Below, piece after piece: positions 15,426 through 22,822 of a stretch of 42,015 nt of DNA. How positions within the stretch are numbered: the first letter of the stretch is position 1; every line of letters begins with the position of its first letter. This DNA comes from a virus (Duplodnaviria; Caudoviricetes), in IMG/VR virus record IMGVR_UViG_3300037423_000736, positions 1 to 42,015 of that record; one strand, 5' to 3'. The position numbers were made by a program, and so were the translations under genes. The notes beneath the pieces are model-generated. The model ran no database searches. It was given only the letters and a program-made list of their open reading frames with translations, and had not been told where the DNA came from.

Positions 15426-16712
15426 CTAAAGCAGCTCGGCCACCGCGGCCCCGTAGGTTTCCATTGCGGCTCTCGCGGTGCCCATGTCGAGGTGTGCGTA
15501 GCGTCTTTGTGTGGCGGATTCGTTGTGGCCCATGATGGCCATGCGGACGTCTTCCGGAACGCCGAGGGCCATCAACAACGAGGCTGCGGTGTGGCGTGCG
15601 ACGTGGAGCTTCATGTGGACGAGCTCGAGGGTTTCGAGCATGTCGCGCCATTCGGCCCAGTCGACGCGTCCATCGATCGGGCGGCCGTCTTCGCGTGCCC
15701 AGACGAGTCCGTGGTCGGTGGTGTAGTTGCGGCGTTCTTGTTCGTAGAGGGCGCGGCGTTCCTTGAGCGCGATGAGGAGTGGGCCGGGTAGCGGGATGAC
15801 GCGGGTGCTGCCCTTCGTCTTCGGCCGCTGTAGGCAGAGGTTCCCGTCGAGCTGTCGGTATTCGAAGCCGGGTTGGACGTCGAGTTCCTTCTCAGTGCAG
15901 CGGTCGCCGCGTTTCCGTCCGCAGGGCCACTCCCCCGCGGTGGGTTTGTCGGCGCATCCGTGTCGGTAGGGGATGCGCTGGAGTTGCCAGGCGAGGTCGG
16001 CGATGCCGTTGGTGAGGTCGAGGTGTTGCCAGGTGAGTCCTAGGCACTCCCCTTGTCTGGCTCCGGTGAAGAGGCCGAATGCCCAGCGGGATTGGAGGCG
16101 GTGGCCGTCGAGGTGTCGCATCAACGCGGCGAACTGGTTGAGGGTGAGTGCGTCTTGTGGGACGGCGGCCTTGGGTGGCGCAGGGACGAGGGTGACCACG
16201 TTGCGGGTGACTTTCCCGTCGCGCATGGCGTCGTTCAACGCGGTGCCGAGGATCCGGTGGGCGTGGTGTGCCGTGGTCGGGGACAGAGGTACGTCCTTGC
16301 CCTTGACCTGCCGGGTTTGGGTGAGGATGTGGCGGTGGAGGGCGCGGACGTCGGCGGCGGTGAGCTTGTCGAGGCGCTTGGCTCCGAGCGCGGGGATGAT
16401 GTACCGCTCCACATAGGACCGGTACGTGCGCAGCGTCTTCGGCTTCATCCGCGGCTTGCCGGGGCAGACCTGCTCGAGCCAGTACGTCAGCCATGAGGTG
16501 AGGGTGGTGCCGGCGGTGTTGGTGTCGCCTGCGTCGATCGCCTTCCTGGCGGCCCGCAACTTCTGGACGACTTCCTTCTGGGTTTTCGCGGTGACTTGTT
16601 TCCGGCGGCGTTTCCCGTCCACCACCCCCAAGTCGATACGGGCCACCCATAGGCCGTCCTCGGCGCGCTGGTAGACGGAACCTTCGCCGCGTTGGCGGCG
16701 CTTCGGGCTCAC
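15426..16712 (-). CDS. int: Tyrosine integrase
   Basis: GARQGE (R), PKTK (K), LHVARH (HxxR), MGH, RRY catalytic residues; N-terminal arm domain; GTG start after GAGGAG. Confidence 0.96.
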   Translation of the reverse strand: MSPKRRQRGEGSVYQRAEDGLWVARIDLGVVDGKRRRKQVTAKTQKEVVQKLRAARKAIDAGDTNTAGTTLTSWLTYWLEQVCPGKPRMKPKTLRTYRSYVERYIIPALGAKRLDKLTAADVRALHRHILTQTRQVKGKDVPLSPTTAHHAHRILGTALNDAMRDGKVTRNVVTLVPAPPKAAVPQDALTLNQFAALMRHLDGHRLQSRWAFGLFTGARQGECLGLTWQHLDLTNGIADLAWQLQRIPYRHGCADKPTAGEWPCGRKRGDRCTEKELDVQPGFEYRQLDGNLCLQRPKTKGSTRVIPLPGPLLIALKERRALYEQERRNYTTDHGLVWAREDGRPIDGRVDWAEWRDMLETLELVHMKLHVARHTAASLLMALGVPEDVRMAIMGHNESATQRRYAHLDMGTARAAMETYGAAVAELL

Positions 16713-16734
16713 GGGCGGTGCTCCTCGGGCAGCG

Positions 16735-17232
16735 TCATGCGATTCCCTCCCAAGATCGGCGGCCGATGTAGGCCAGGTACTCGTCACCCGTCAGGGTCGC
16801 CTTGTCGCGGTTGCAGCGGCGACACGTCGCGACGAGGTTGTCGAGTCCGTCCGAGCCGCCACGGCTCACGGGGATGTAGTGGTCCTTCTCGACCTGCATG
16901 ATGTGGACGGGCTCCTCGCAGTAGTAACAGGCGACGCGGTACGGCGCGACCAGCGGCAGCGCGGCCACCTTCGCGCGCCACTCCTTGTGGGTGTGGGTTC
17001 CGAGTTCGCGAGCGTTCCGTAAGTGGACGTCACGGGTGCTGAGGTTGAGCTCGCGAGGCGGGTGCTCGGCATGCCACGCGTCGAGTTTCGCCGACACAGC
17101 GGCTTCGGTCTTCCCGTAGAAGACCTTCCGCTTGCGTGGCTCTCCGCGCTCCGATGGCAGCGGGACCCGCGCCACCCATAGACCGTCCGAAGACCGTTGG
17201 TGAACCGTCCCCGTTCCTTTTGTTCGCCGCAC
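16735..17232 (-). CDS. Integrase arm-binding-like domain fused to HNH endonuclease
   Basis: N-terminal 50 aa align with the integrase N-terminus; C-terminal CYYC...DHYIPVSRGG...NLVATCRRCN. Confidence 0.85.
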   Translation of the reverse strand: MRRTKGTGTVHQRSSDGLWVARVPLPSERGEPRKRKVFYGKTEAAVSAKLDAWHAEHPPRELNLSTRDVHLRNARELGTHTHKEWRAKVAALPLVAPYRVACYYCEEPVHIMQVEKDHYIPVSRGGSDGLDNLVATCRRCNRDKATLTGDEYLAYIGRRSWEGIA

Positions 17233-17257
17233 CCGCGATCCCCCTTCGTGTGACTTA

Positions 17258-17491
17258 ACTGTGTCCTACGGGAGCGTATCGCACGCTACTGTGAGACCCG
17301 GTAAAAGCGGCCTGACCTGCGGTGTTGCGCTCAGACCCTCTAGTGTGTATCGTAGCACACACGGTTTCCTAAACCGTGCGTCGCAGGTTCGAATCCTGCC
17401 GGGGGCACCACCTCAAAATGGCGTCTGACCTGCGGCGATAGCCACACAGTAGCGAGGCTGGTCCTTCGGGACTGTGTCCAACACTGTGTCC
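17258..17491 (+). repeat. Putative integrase arm-type and accessory sites flanking attP
   Basis: ACTGTGTCC at 17258, 17471 and 17483; CTGACCTGCGG at 17312 and 17425. Confidence 0.7.
17361..17410 (+). other. attP: attP common core: 3' portion of tRNA-Arg(CCT)
   Basis: ACGGT-TTCCTAA-ACCGT anticodon arm, GCAGG-TTCGAAT-CCTGC T arm, CGGGGGCACCA end; no matching 5' acceptor half; next to the int locus. Confidence 0.9.
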
Positions 17492-17514
17492 GAGTCGCTA
17501 CACGGGGAGACACC

Positions 17515-17664
17515 ATGAACTGCACTGAATGCCACCACCCGATTCCTGCTGGCCTGGCTGTGGTCCGGTCGGTCAGCTTCGTGCAGCACGCGTGGCATCG
17601 GGAGTGTTACGCGTGGCAGATCCCGGCGCAGCGCGTGTCGGCAGATGAGAAGGTGACCCGATGA
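17515..17664 (+). CDS. 49-aa zinc-finger protein
   Basis: MNCTECHH...WHREC (CxxC...HxxC); GGGGAG RBS; ATGA overlap. Confidence 0.65.
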   Translation: MNCTECHHPIPAGLAVVRSVSFVQHAWHRECYAWQIPAQRVSADEKVTR

Positions 17665-18014
17665 CCGACACGACCGCGCCCCAGCTCGCCACCCGCGACA
17701 CGCTCCGGGCGGTGTTGGCTGACCACTTCGTCATGTGGCACGACTTTGAGGACCCGACCCCCATTCGAGGCGAGTGGCGGTGTGCTTGCGGTCTCAAGTT
17801 CGGATTCTCGGACTCCGCGATTGACCACCAGGCCGACGCCTTGGCTGGTGTGGTGCGTGACCCGTCCACCCTCGCCAGGGTGTTCCGTACTGCTGCCGAG
17901 TTGGTCGTGCAGGACGTGCGGACGCAACGGGGCGACCACATCGCCAGCCTCGTAGAGGACTCGTTCGCTGCGCACTTCGACCGCGCTGGCGCACTCACCG
18001 AGGAGTCCCGATGA
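17661..18014 (+). CDS. Hypothetical protein
   Basis: H...CAC...HQAD possible zinc site; operon packing. Confidence 0.7.
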   Translation: MTDTTAPQLATRDTLRAVLADHFVMWHDFEDPTPIRGEWRCACGLKFGFSDSAIDHQADALAGVVRDPSTLARVFRTAAELVVQDVRTQRGDHIASLVEDSFAAHFDRAGALTEESR

Positions 18015-18136
18015 CCGAAGAGGCGTGGCTACCCGCGGATTCGCGGGGCTGGTCTCGCGGATTCGCGGGACTGGTTACCTCGCGATCGAACTATTCCGAG
18101 GTCTTCGCGCCCTACCGCGAAGAGTGGAAGCCATGA
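18011..18136 (+). CDS. 41-aa ORF ending YREEWKP (possible remnant)
   Basis: GAGGAG RBS, ATGA overlaps; same C-terminus as the DUF6221-like gene. Confidence 0.45.
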   Translation: MTEEAWLPADSRGWSRGFAGLVTSRSNYSEVFAPYREEWKP

Positions 18137-18267
18137 GCCGCCGCTGGTGTGGTCTGCACGGTACAGCCGACTGCGCCTGCACCTACCACTGCACCGGATG
18201 CGCACACGCCTACGGGCCACCCAAGCCCGACTGCTGTACCTGCTGCGAGAGGAGCGACCCGTCGTGA
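18133..18267 (+). CDS. 44-aa Cys/His-rich microprotein
   Basis: MSRRWCGLHGTADCACTYHCTGCAHAYGPPKPDCCTCCERSDPS; 4-bp overlaps on both sides. Confidence 0.55.
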   Translation: MSRRWCGLHGTADCACTYHCTGCAHAYGPPKPDCCTCCERSDPS

Positions 18268-18566
18268 CGCTGACTGAGTTCCTGCTGGCCCGCATCGCCG
18301 AGGATGAGGTGGCGGCGCGCGAACCGCAGTGGCTGGCCCTTGAGTACGGGGTGGACAGCGCAGGGCGTGCCGCCTTCTCAAGCCGTGTGCTGGCCGAGTG
18401 TGAGGCGAAGCGGCGAATTGTGGAGGAGTTGTCGCCCGCCGTCGACTATGACAGGGACCGCTTTATCGTTCAGTCGACGCTAGAGGCCGCGGCTACGGCA
18501 TCGCTCCGCTTCCTCGCTCTGCCTTACGCCGACCACCCGGACTACCGCGAAGAGTGGAAGCCATGA
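18264..18566 (+). CDS. DUF6221-like protein
   Basis: TLTEFLLARIAEDE, RVLAECEAKRRIV, LALPYADHPDYREEW. Confidence 0.85.
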   Translation: MTLTEFLLARIAEDEVAAREPQWLALEYGVDSAGRAAFSSRVLAECEAKRRIVEELSPAVDYDRDRFIVQSTLEAAATASLRFLALPYADHPDYREEWKP

Positions 18567-18874
18567 GCGAGACGGTTCAGCGACAAGGGTTCTTCGTGAA
18601 GCCCTCCGGTGAGGTCGAGATGCTGGCCACGGATGGCGACACCGAGTGCTGGTGGCAGGACAGCCCGTCTCTTTACGACGATCTGGTTCTTGCTGGCTAC
18701 CCGATCTGTGCGGACAAGTGGGGTGCGTTCTACGACTGGATCGACCTGTCGGTGGACCCCAACGACCTCAGCTCCGTGACTGTCTACACCTGCGGTGAAG
18801 GTCCTCACGAACACGACATGGGACCCGTCTCTGGCCTGTTCGCGGCATGGCACGTCCGCAACGTCCACGCCTGA
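18563..18874 (+). CDS. Hypothetical protein
   Basis: ATGA overlap; followed by a terminator. Confidence 0.7.
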   Translation: MSETVQRQGFFVKPSGEVEMLATDGDTECWWQDSPSLYDDLVLAGYPICADKWGAFYDWIDLSVDPNDLSSVTVYTCGEGPHEHDMGPVSGLFAAWHVRNVHA

Positions 18875-18882
18875 AACGCAGA

Positions 18883-18916
18883 AAGCCCCTCGCCTGCCGT
18901 AGCAGACGAGGGGCTT
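18883..18916. terminator. Intrinsic terminator between convergent operons
   Basis: AAGCCCCTCG...CGAGGGGCTT inverted repeat. Confidence 0.8.
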
Positions 18917-18934
18917 ACCTGTGTCGAGTTCAGG

Positions 18935-19015
18935 TTAGGACCGGTTGAGTAGTCGGATCAGCCGGTCGAGGAGTCGCTGCCACCACTTGATCAGGTGCGG
19001 GTCGGTCACGGGCAA
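18935..19015 (-). CDS. 26-aa amphipathic peptide after holin
   Basis: MPVTDPHLIKWWQRLLDRLIRLLNRS; TTG start 6 nt after AGGAGA. Confidence 0.4.
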   Translation of the reverse strand: MPVTDPHLIKWWQRLLDRLIRLLNRS

Positions 19016-19017
19016 GG

Positions 19018-19269
19018 TCAGTCTCCTATGGCGGGTGCGGGTGGGGATGTGACTTCGTTGGCCACCGAGGGGCCAACACCACCGACGCCCGAGCTGGCGA
19101 TGGAAGTTAGGAGTGACAGGACGAACCCGCCGGCCGCGAACCCTCCGACGTCGACCCAGTTGGCGTGGAGGGCGTTGATTTGGTCGGCACCGAAGACGAG
19201 GAGCGCGGACTGTGCGGCGGTCTTGACGGCTCGCTCGAGGCTGGCGACCAGAAAGGCGCGTGTGAACAT
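19018..19269 (-). CDS. Holin (r1t-like)
   Basis: ERAVKTAAQ...LSLLTSIAS motif, two TM segments, follows the endolysin. Confidence 0.88.
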   Translation of the reverse strand: MFTRAFLVASLERAVKTAAQSALLVFGADQINALHANWVDVGGFAAGGFVLSLLTSIASSGVGGVGPSVANEVTSPPAPAIGD

Positions 19270-19286
19270 GGGGGTTCTCCCTTTGG

Positions 19287-20615
19287 TCAGGCGACGACGC
19301 GGTAGGTGACTGATAGCCAGCGGTGGTCGGAGTGTTCGCCGCTGATGATGTGTTGGCTGGCGATACGCAAGTCAGCGTCGTCGTGGGCGAGGTAGTCGAT
19401 GCGTCGGGAGCCGAGGGAGCCGCCTGTGGGGGCAGATGGCGTGATCCAGTTGGAGCGCATCCCGAGGCGCGCGAACATGGCCCGCGGCGCCCACGTCCAC
19501 ACCTTGCCGACCTTCCAGTGCCAGTTGAAGTCGCCTGCGATGGTGACCCGGTAGCCCTGTGCGCGGAGTTCTTTGACGAGTGCGGTCAGCCGCCGCATGT
19601 GGATGATGTCCTGCGCGACCCGCGGGAGGTTGCGGGGTTTCCCGGCGTCTTCGATGTGGGCGTTGGTGTGGGTTTGGATGTGTGCCCATTTGTGGCCGGC
19701 GTGTTGGTAGAGGGCCCAGGTGGCGGTGCGTTCCGGCGAGGTGCCGACCTTGTCGCACATCTTCCGCCAGCCTTCGCCGAGCCAGGTGATGTCGTGGCGG
19801 AGGAGGATGACGTTGTTGAGTGCGGCCCCAGTACCGGGTGCTATGACGCGGTAGTTCTTCAACGTCTTCAGCAGGTCGCGGAATCGGTAGGCTTCGTTGA
19901 GTCCGAAGACGTGGGCGGTCTGCTTGTCGAGCAGCGCGACGTCCGCACCCTTTTGGGTGTTGTCTTTGAACAGGTTCCCGTGGGCGATGGTCAGCTCACC
20001 CACGACCCGGATCCGCTTGGCCTTCTTGACGACCTTCGCGGGCGCTGGCTTCGGTGCGGACTTGGCTGCGAGTACGGCGGCAATGTCGGCGCGGAACTTG
20101 TTCATGTCCAGCATGCCGGGATCCCACTTGCCGGTGACCGAGGTCTCCTTGTGGGCCCGCTGCGCCCGGACGCTGGTGCCGAGCATCCGCGCCAGGACCG
20201 CACCGGTCTTCACCATCGCGTCGTACTGGGGCTTCGACCAGCCTTCGGTGCCGGAGTTCATGCATTCCACGCCGATGTAGAGCGCGTTGCCGTCACCAGC
20301 GGCGACGGTCCCGGACGACTTGGCCTTGCCTGCGTGGTTGGCGCGGCCGGCAGCGAGGACGTAGACGGTGCCGTCGCGGTCGATCGACAACTGGCACAGC
20401 GGGGCGGGCAGGTCCGAGCGTCCCTCGCGGGCCATCCACTGCGCGCCACGGAGGCCGAAGACGCCGGGGCCGGTGTGGTGCCAGAGCACGCCGACCGGGG
20501 TGAAGTTGCCTGTCGACGACGGGCGTCCGCGGGTCTTCCAACCGTCGAGGGCGATGACGTGGAGACCGCCGGCTGTGAGAGCTTGCGCAAGGTTGGTTTG
20601 AAAGCGGTACGCCAT
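19287..20615 (-). CDS. Endolysin: N-acetylmuramoyl-L-alanine amidase fused to an EEP-family domain
   Basis: WHHT, GRANHAG, IGVE, HKE and KWDP amidase_2 motifs; C-terminal LNE, GDFN, RIDY, SDH motifs; start MAYRF after GAGGAG. Confidence 0.88.
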   Translation of the reverse strand: MAYRFQTNLAQALTAGGLHVIALDGWKTRGRPSSTGNFTPVGVLWHHTGPGVFGLRGAQWMAREGRSDLPAPLCQLSIDRDGTVYVLAAGRANHAGKAKSSGTVAAGDGNALYIGVECMNSGTEGWSKPQYDAMVKTGAVLARMLGTSVRAQRAHKETSVTGKWDPGMLDMNKFRADIAAVLAAKSAPKPAPAKVVKKAKRIRVVGELTIAHGNLFKDNTQKGADVALLDKQTAHVFGLNEAYRFRDLLKTLKNYRVIAPGTGAALNNVILLRHDITWLGEGWRKMCDKVGTSPERTATWALYQHAGHKWAHIQTHTNAHIEDAGKPRNLPRVAQDIIHMRRLTALVKELRAQGYRVTIAGDFNWHWKVGKVWTWAPRAMFARLGMRSNWITPSAPTGGSLGSRRIDYLAHDDADLRIASQHIISGEHSDHRWLSVTYRVVA

Positions 20616-20620
20616 GACGG

Positions 20621-20800
20621 CTACTCCTCGTGGGTGCGGTTGGCGCGGTAGATCCACTCAGCGACCCGGCGCCAGGTTCGTGCGCGGCGTTGTGTGGCTG
20701 CGAGTTCTTCGCGGAGGCTCGCGTTGGCGGCGCGTTCTTGCGCCAACTCGAGCGCGAGACGGTCGATCGTCGCTTGCAGCCGGTCCTCCCGAGAGGTCAC
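20621..20800 (-). CDS. 59-aa coiled-coil protein
   Basis: MTSREDRLQATIDRLALELAQE...; fills the gap before the endolysin. Confidence 0.55.
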   Translation of the reverse strand: MTSREDRLQATIDRLALELAQERAANASLREELAATQRRARTWRRVAEWIYRANRTHEE

Positions 20801-20806
20801 GGCCGG

Positions 20807-21190
20807 CTAGGGGCCGGCGGTGCGGCTGCTAGCGAGCCGGTTGATGACACAGCTCGAGATGAGGTCTTGCCGGTCCGCGACACTCAGTTGCTGGTCGAGC
20901 CCTACCGAGCAGGCGGCGGCGAGGATCACGACCCGGTTGATGTCACCGACTGCGGCGGCGGTTCGTTTCTGGCCGCGTTGGAAGCATTCGCCGGATGGTT
21001 GGGTGCAGTCCTCGACCGCATCCAGGGTCCGCTGGGAGGCGTTGAGGGTGCCCGTGTTCGTCTTCTGGCTGTCGCGGATCTGGTCGGTTAGCGACCATGT
21101 GCGGACCATGAGTAGAAGAACGCCAACAACTAGGGCGCCGACGAGGACACCGACGACGGCCCCGAACATTGGGCGCTGTCGTTTATCCAC
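20807..21190 (-). CDS. Membrane-anchored protein in lysis cassette
   Basis: N-terminal TM segment; external domain with DCTQPSGEC and two further Cys. Confidence 0.75.
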   Translation of the reverse strand: MDKRQRPMFGAVVGVLVGALVVGVLLLMVRTWSLTDQIRDSQKTNTGTLNASQRTLDAVEDCTQPSGECFQRGQKRTAAAVGDINRVVILAAACSVGLDQQLSVADRQDLISSCVINRLASSRTAGP

Positions 21191-21548
21191 CTGTGCCTCC
21201 TTGGAGACGCCTGAGTGCGTCGATGATCTGTTGCCCTTGCTCAGTTGAGGCGCGCCAGTAGCCCTTGGCCTCTTCGTGGTGGTGCTCGAGTCGTTCACCG
21301 AACGCAGCGATTTGGACCTCGTTGGAGACGACGCGGCCGAGGGCTTCAAGGTCGGACTTGAGTCTCTTGGTTTCGGCGGCGCATTCGTCGCGTTCTTTTT
21401 CGAGGTCGCCGGCCCGGTCGCGGAGGTCTTTGTTGGCTTCGCGGAGGTTGGTGACGACGCCGCGTTGGAGGCCGGCGAGTGCTACACCGATGATGGTGGT
21501 GATTGCGAGGACTGTTTGGAGGACGCCCGAGAAGTCCACGCTGTTCAC
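21183..21548 (-). CDS. Membrane protein with coiled coil in lysis cassette
   Basis: N-terminal TM segment then heptad region. Confidence 0.75.
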   Translation of the reverse strand: MNSVDFSGVLQTVLAITTIIGVALAGLQRGVVTNLREANKDLRDRAGDLEKERDECAAETKRLKSDLEALGRVVSNEVQIAAFGERLEHHHEEAKGYWRASTEQGQQIIDALRRLQGGTGG

Positions 21549-21718
21549 CTCTCTCCGCGCGGTGGCGATTGCGCGGAGGCCCTGCGCGTTTTCGTGGTGT
21601 GTGGCATGTTCCCCCGCGGCTCCCTCGCGTTGGACCCGCTGACGTATCAGGGAGGGTCGTGGTGTCTCATTACTTTCAGCGCTGCGGGGCCGGGTCGAGT
21701 CCGGTCAAGCAGCGTCAG

Positions 21719-21750
21719 GCGCGGTCCCGCTCCCAAAGTTGGGACCGCGC
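21719..21750. terminator. Hairpin between the acyltransferase promoter and the lysis cassette
   Basis: GCGCGGTCCC...GGGACCGCGC 10-bp inverted repeat. Confidence 0.5.
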
Positions 21751-21775
21751 CGCCTCTTTGCCCTACTGTGTTCGG

Positions 21776-22822
21776 GTGACATCCACGGGGGACTGGCGAC
21801 TCGGGCATCGGCCAGCACTAGACGGAGTTCGCGGCATCGCTGTCGCACTGGTCGTCCTCGGCCACGCTGGAGTCCCACTGCTGGTCAATGCTGGTGCCGT
21901 AGGGGTCGACACGTTCTTCACCCTGTCGGGGTTCCTCATCACCAGCCTGCTGCTCGAGGAGCGTTCCACCCACGGCAGCGTCCGGTTCGGTGCGTTCTAC
22001 CGGCGGCGAGCTCTGCGGTTGCTGCCAGCGCTCGTTGCGCTAGTCGCTGGCGTCTGGGTGATTCGGGTCGCCCTTGGCCTTGGGTCCAACTTCGTCAGCG
22101 TGCCCGGCACGGCCGCGGCGTTGCTGTACTACACGAACCTGTGGATCTTCCACGGCTCTAGCGGTGTCCTGTCCCACACCTGGTCCCTGTCCCTTGAGGA
22201 GCAGTTCTACTTAACCTGGCCGTTGCTCCTCGTGGTGCTCTACAGGTGGGGGCGCCATCGGGCGGTGCTCTGGGGTGCGCTGGTTCTCGGGTCGGCGTCG
22301 GTGGCGTCGTTCTACTTGTCCACGGGAGACCTGCGCAGCTTCGCCCCCGACACCCGTTCCTTTCACCTCTTGTTCGGTTGCGCCCTAGCCGCGGCCCTGA
22401 CTGGTGCCGCCCGCATGCCGGTCCCATCGCGGCTGCTCGCCGTTCCCGCCGCCTTATTGCTGCTGCTGGCGTCTCTCGCGAATGGAGGCGTCGCCGCAGA
22501 GGTCGCGCCGGTAGCGATTGTTGGTGGCGGCGTAGTTCTCATCTGGGTGGCCGGGACGCGCGACCTCCCAGCGCTGGAAGGCCGAGCTTTGACGTGGCTA
22601 GGACGCCGCTCGTATGCCATCTATCTGTGGCACTTCCCGGCGATCGGTGCCGCTCTGAGAGTTGGTGGAGGGTGGCCCGTTCACTTGGTAGTGATCGGCG
22701 GCTTCGGGGTGACGATGGCGGTCCTGTCGTGGCGGTTCATCGAGCGGCCATTCCTCAACATGAAGCAGACACCCCAGAATCGTGCAGTCCCGCAAGCCAT
22801 TACGCCTAGGGCATCTGTGTGA
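21776..22822 (+). CDS. Acyltransferase-3 (OafA/YrhL-like) membrane O-acyltransferase
   Basis: LDGVRGIAV, GVDTFFTLSGFLIT, FYRRRALRLLP, HTWSLSLEEQFY, SYAIYLWH, FIERP; GTG start 6 nt after TACTGT. Confidence 0.93.
   Translation: MTSTGDWRLGHRPALDGVRGIAVALVVLGHAGVPLLVNAGAVGVDTFFTLSGFLITSLLLEERSTHGSVRFGAFYRRRALRLLPALVALVAGVWVIRVALGLGSNFVSVPGTAAALLYYTNLWIFHGSSGVLSHTWSLSLEEQFYLTWPLLLVVLYRWGRHRAVLWGALVLGSASVASFYLSTGDLRSFAPDTRSFHLLFGCALAAALTGAARMPVPSRLLAVPAALLLLLASLANGGVAAEVAPVAIVGGGVVLIWVAGTRDLPALEGRALTWLGRRSYAIYLWHFPAIGAALRVGGGWPVHLVVIGGFGVTMAVLSWRFIERPFLNMKQTPQNRAVPQAITPRASV

Larger units (their letters stand above)
18112..18568 (+). repeat. 27-bp exact direct repeat
   Basis: CTACCGCGAAGAGTGGAAGCCATGAGC at 18112-18138 and 18542-18568. 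Confidence 0.95.

Noticed and set aside
15880-15965. Cys-containing insertion in the integrase catalytic domain as a novelty
   Set aside because: To my recollection similar insertions are common in actinobacterial phage integrases, so it was not scored as new
16713-16787. Longer integrase N-terminus overlapping the HNH fusion gene
   Set aside because: GTG at 16712 has a GAGGAG RBS and starts at the arm domain; the extension overlaps the upstream gene
17335-17410. Complete tRNA-Arg gene
   Set aside because: No 5' acceptor strand complementary to CGGGGGC and no D arm; only the 3' part is present, as expected for attP
18112-18568. Diversity-generating retroelement or transposon target duplication
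   Set aside because: Repeats are short and identical with no adenine-specific mismatches; no reverse transcriptase or transposase
19323-20651. 442-aa plus-strand ORF
   Set aside because: Shadow of the endolysin, with no motifs
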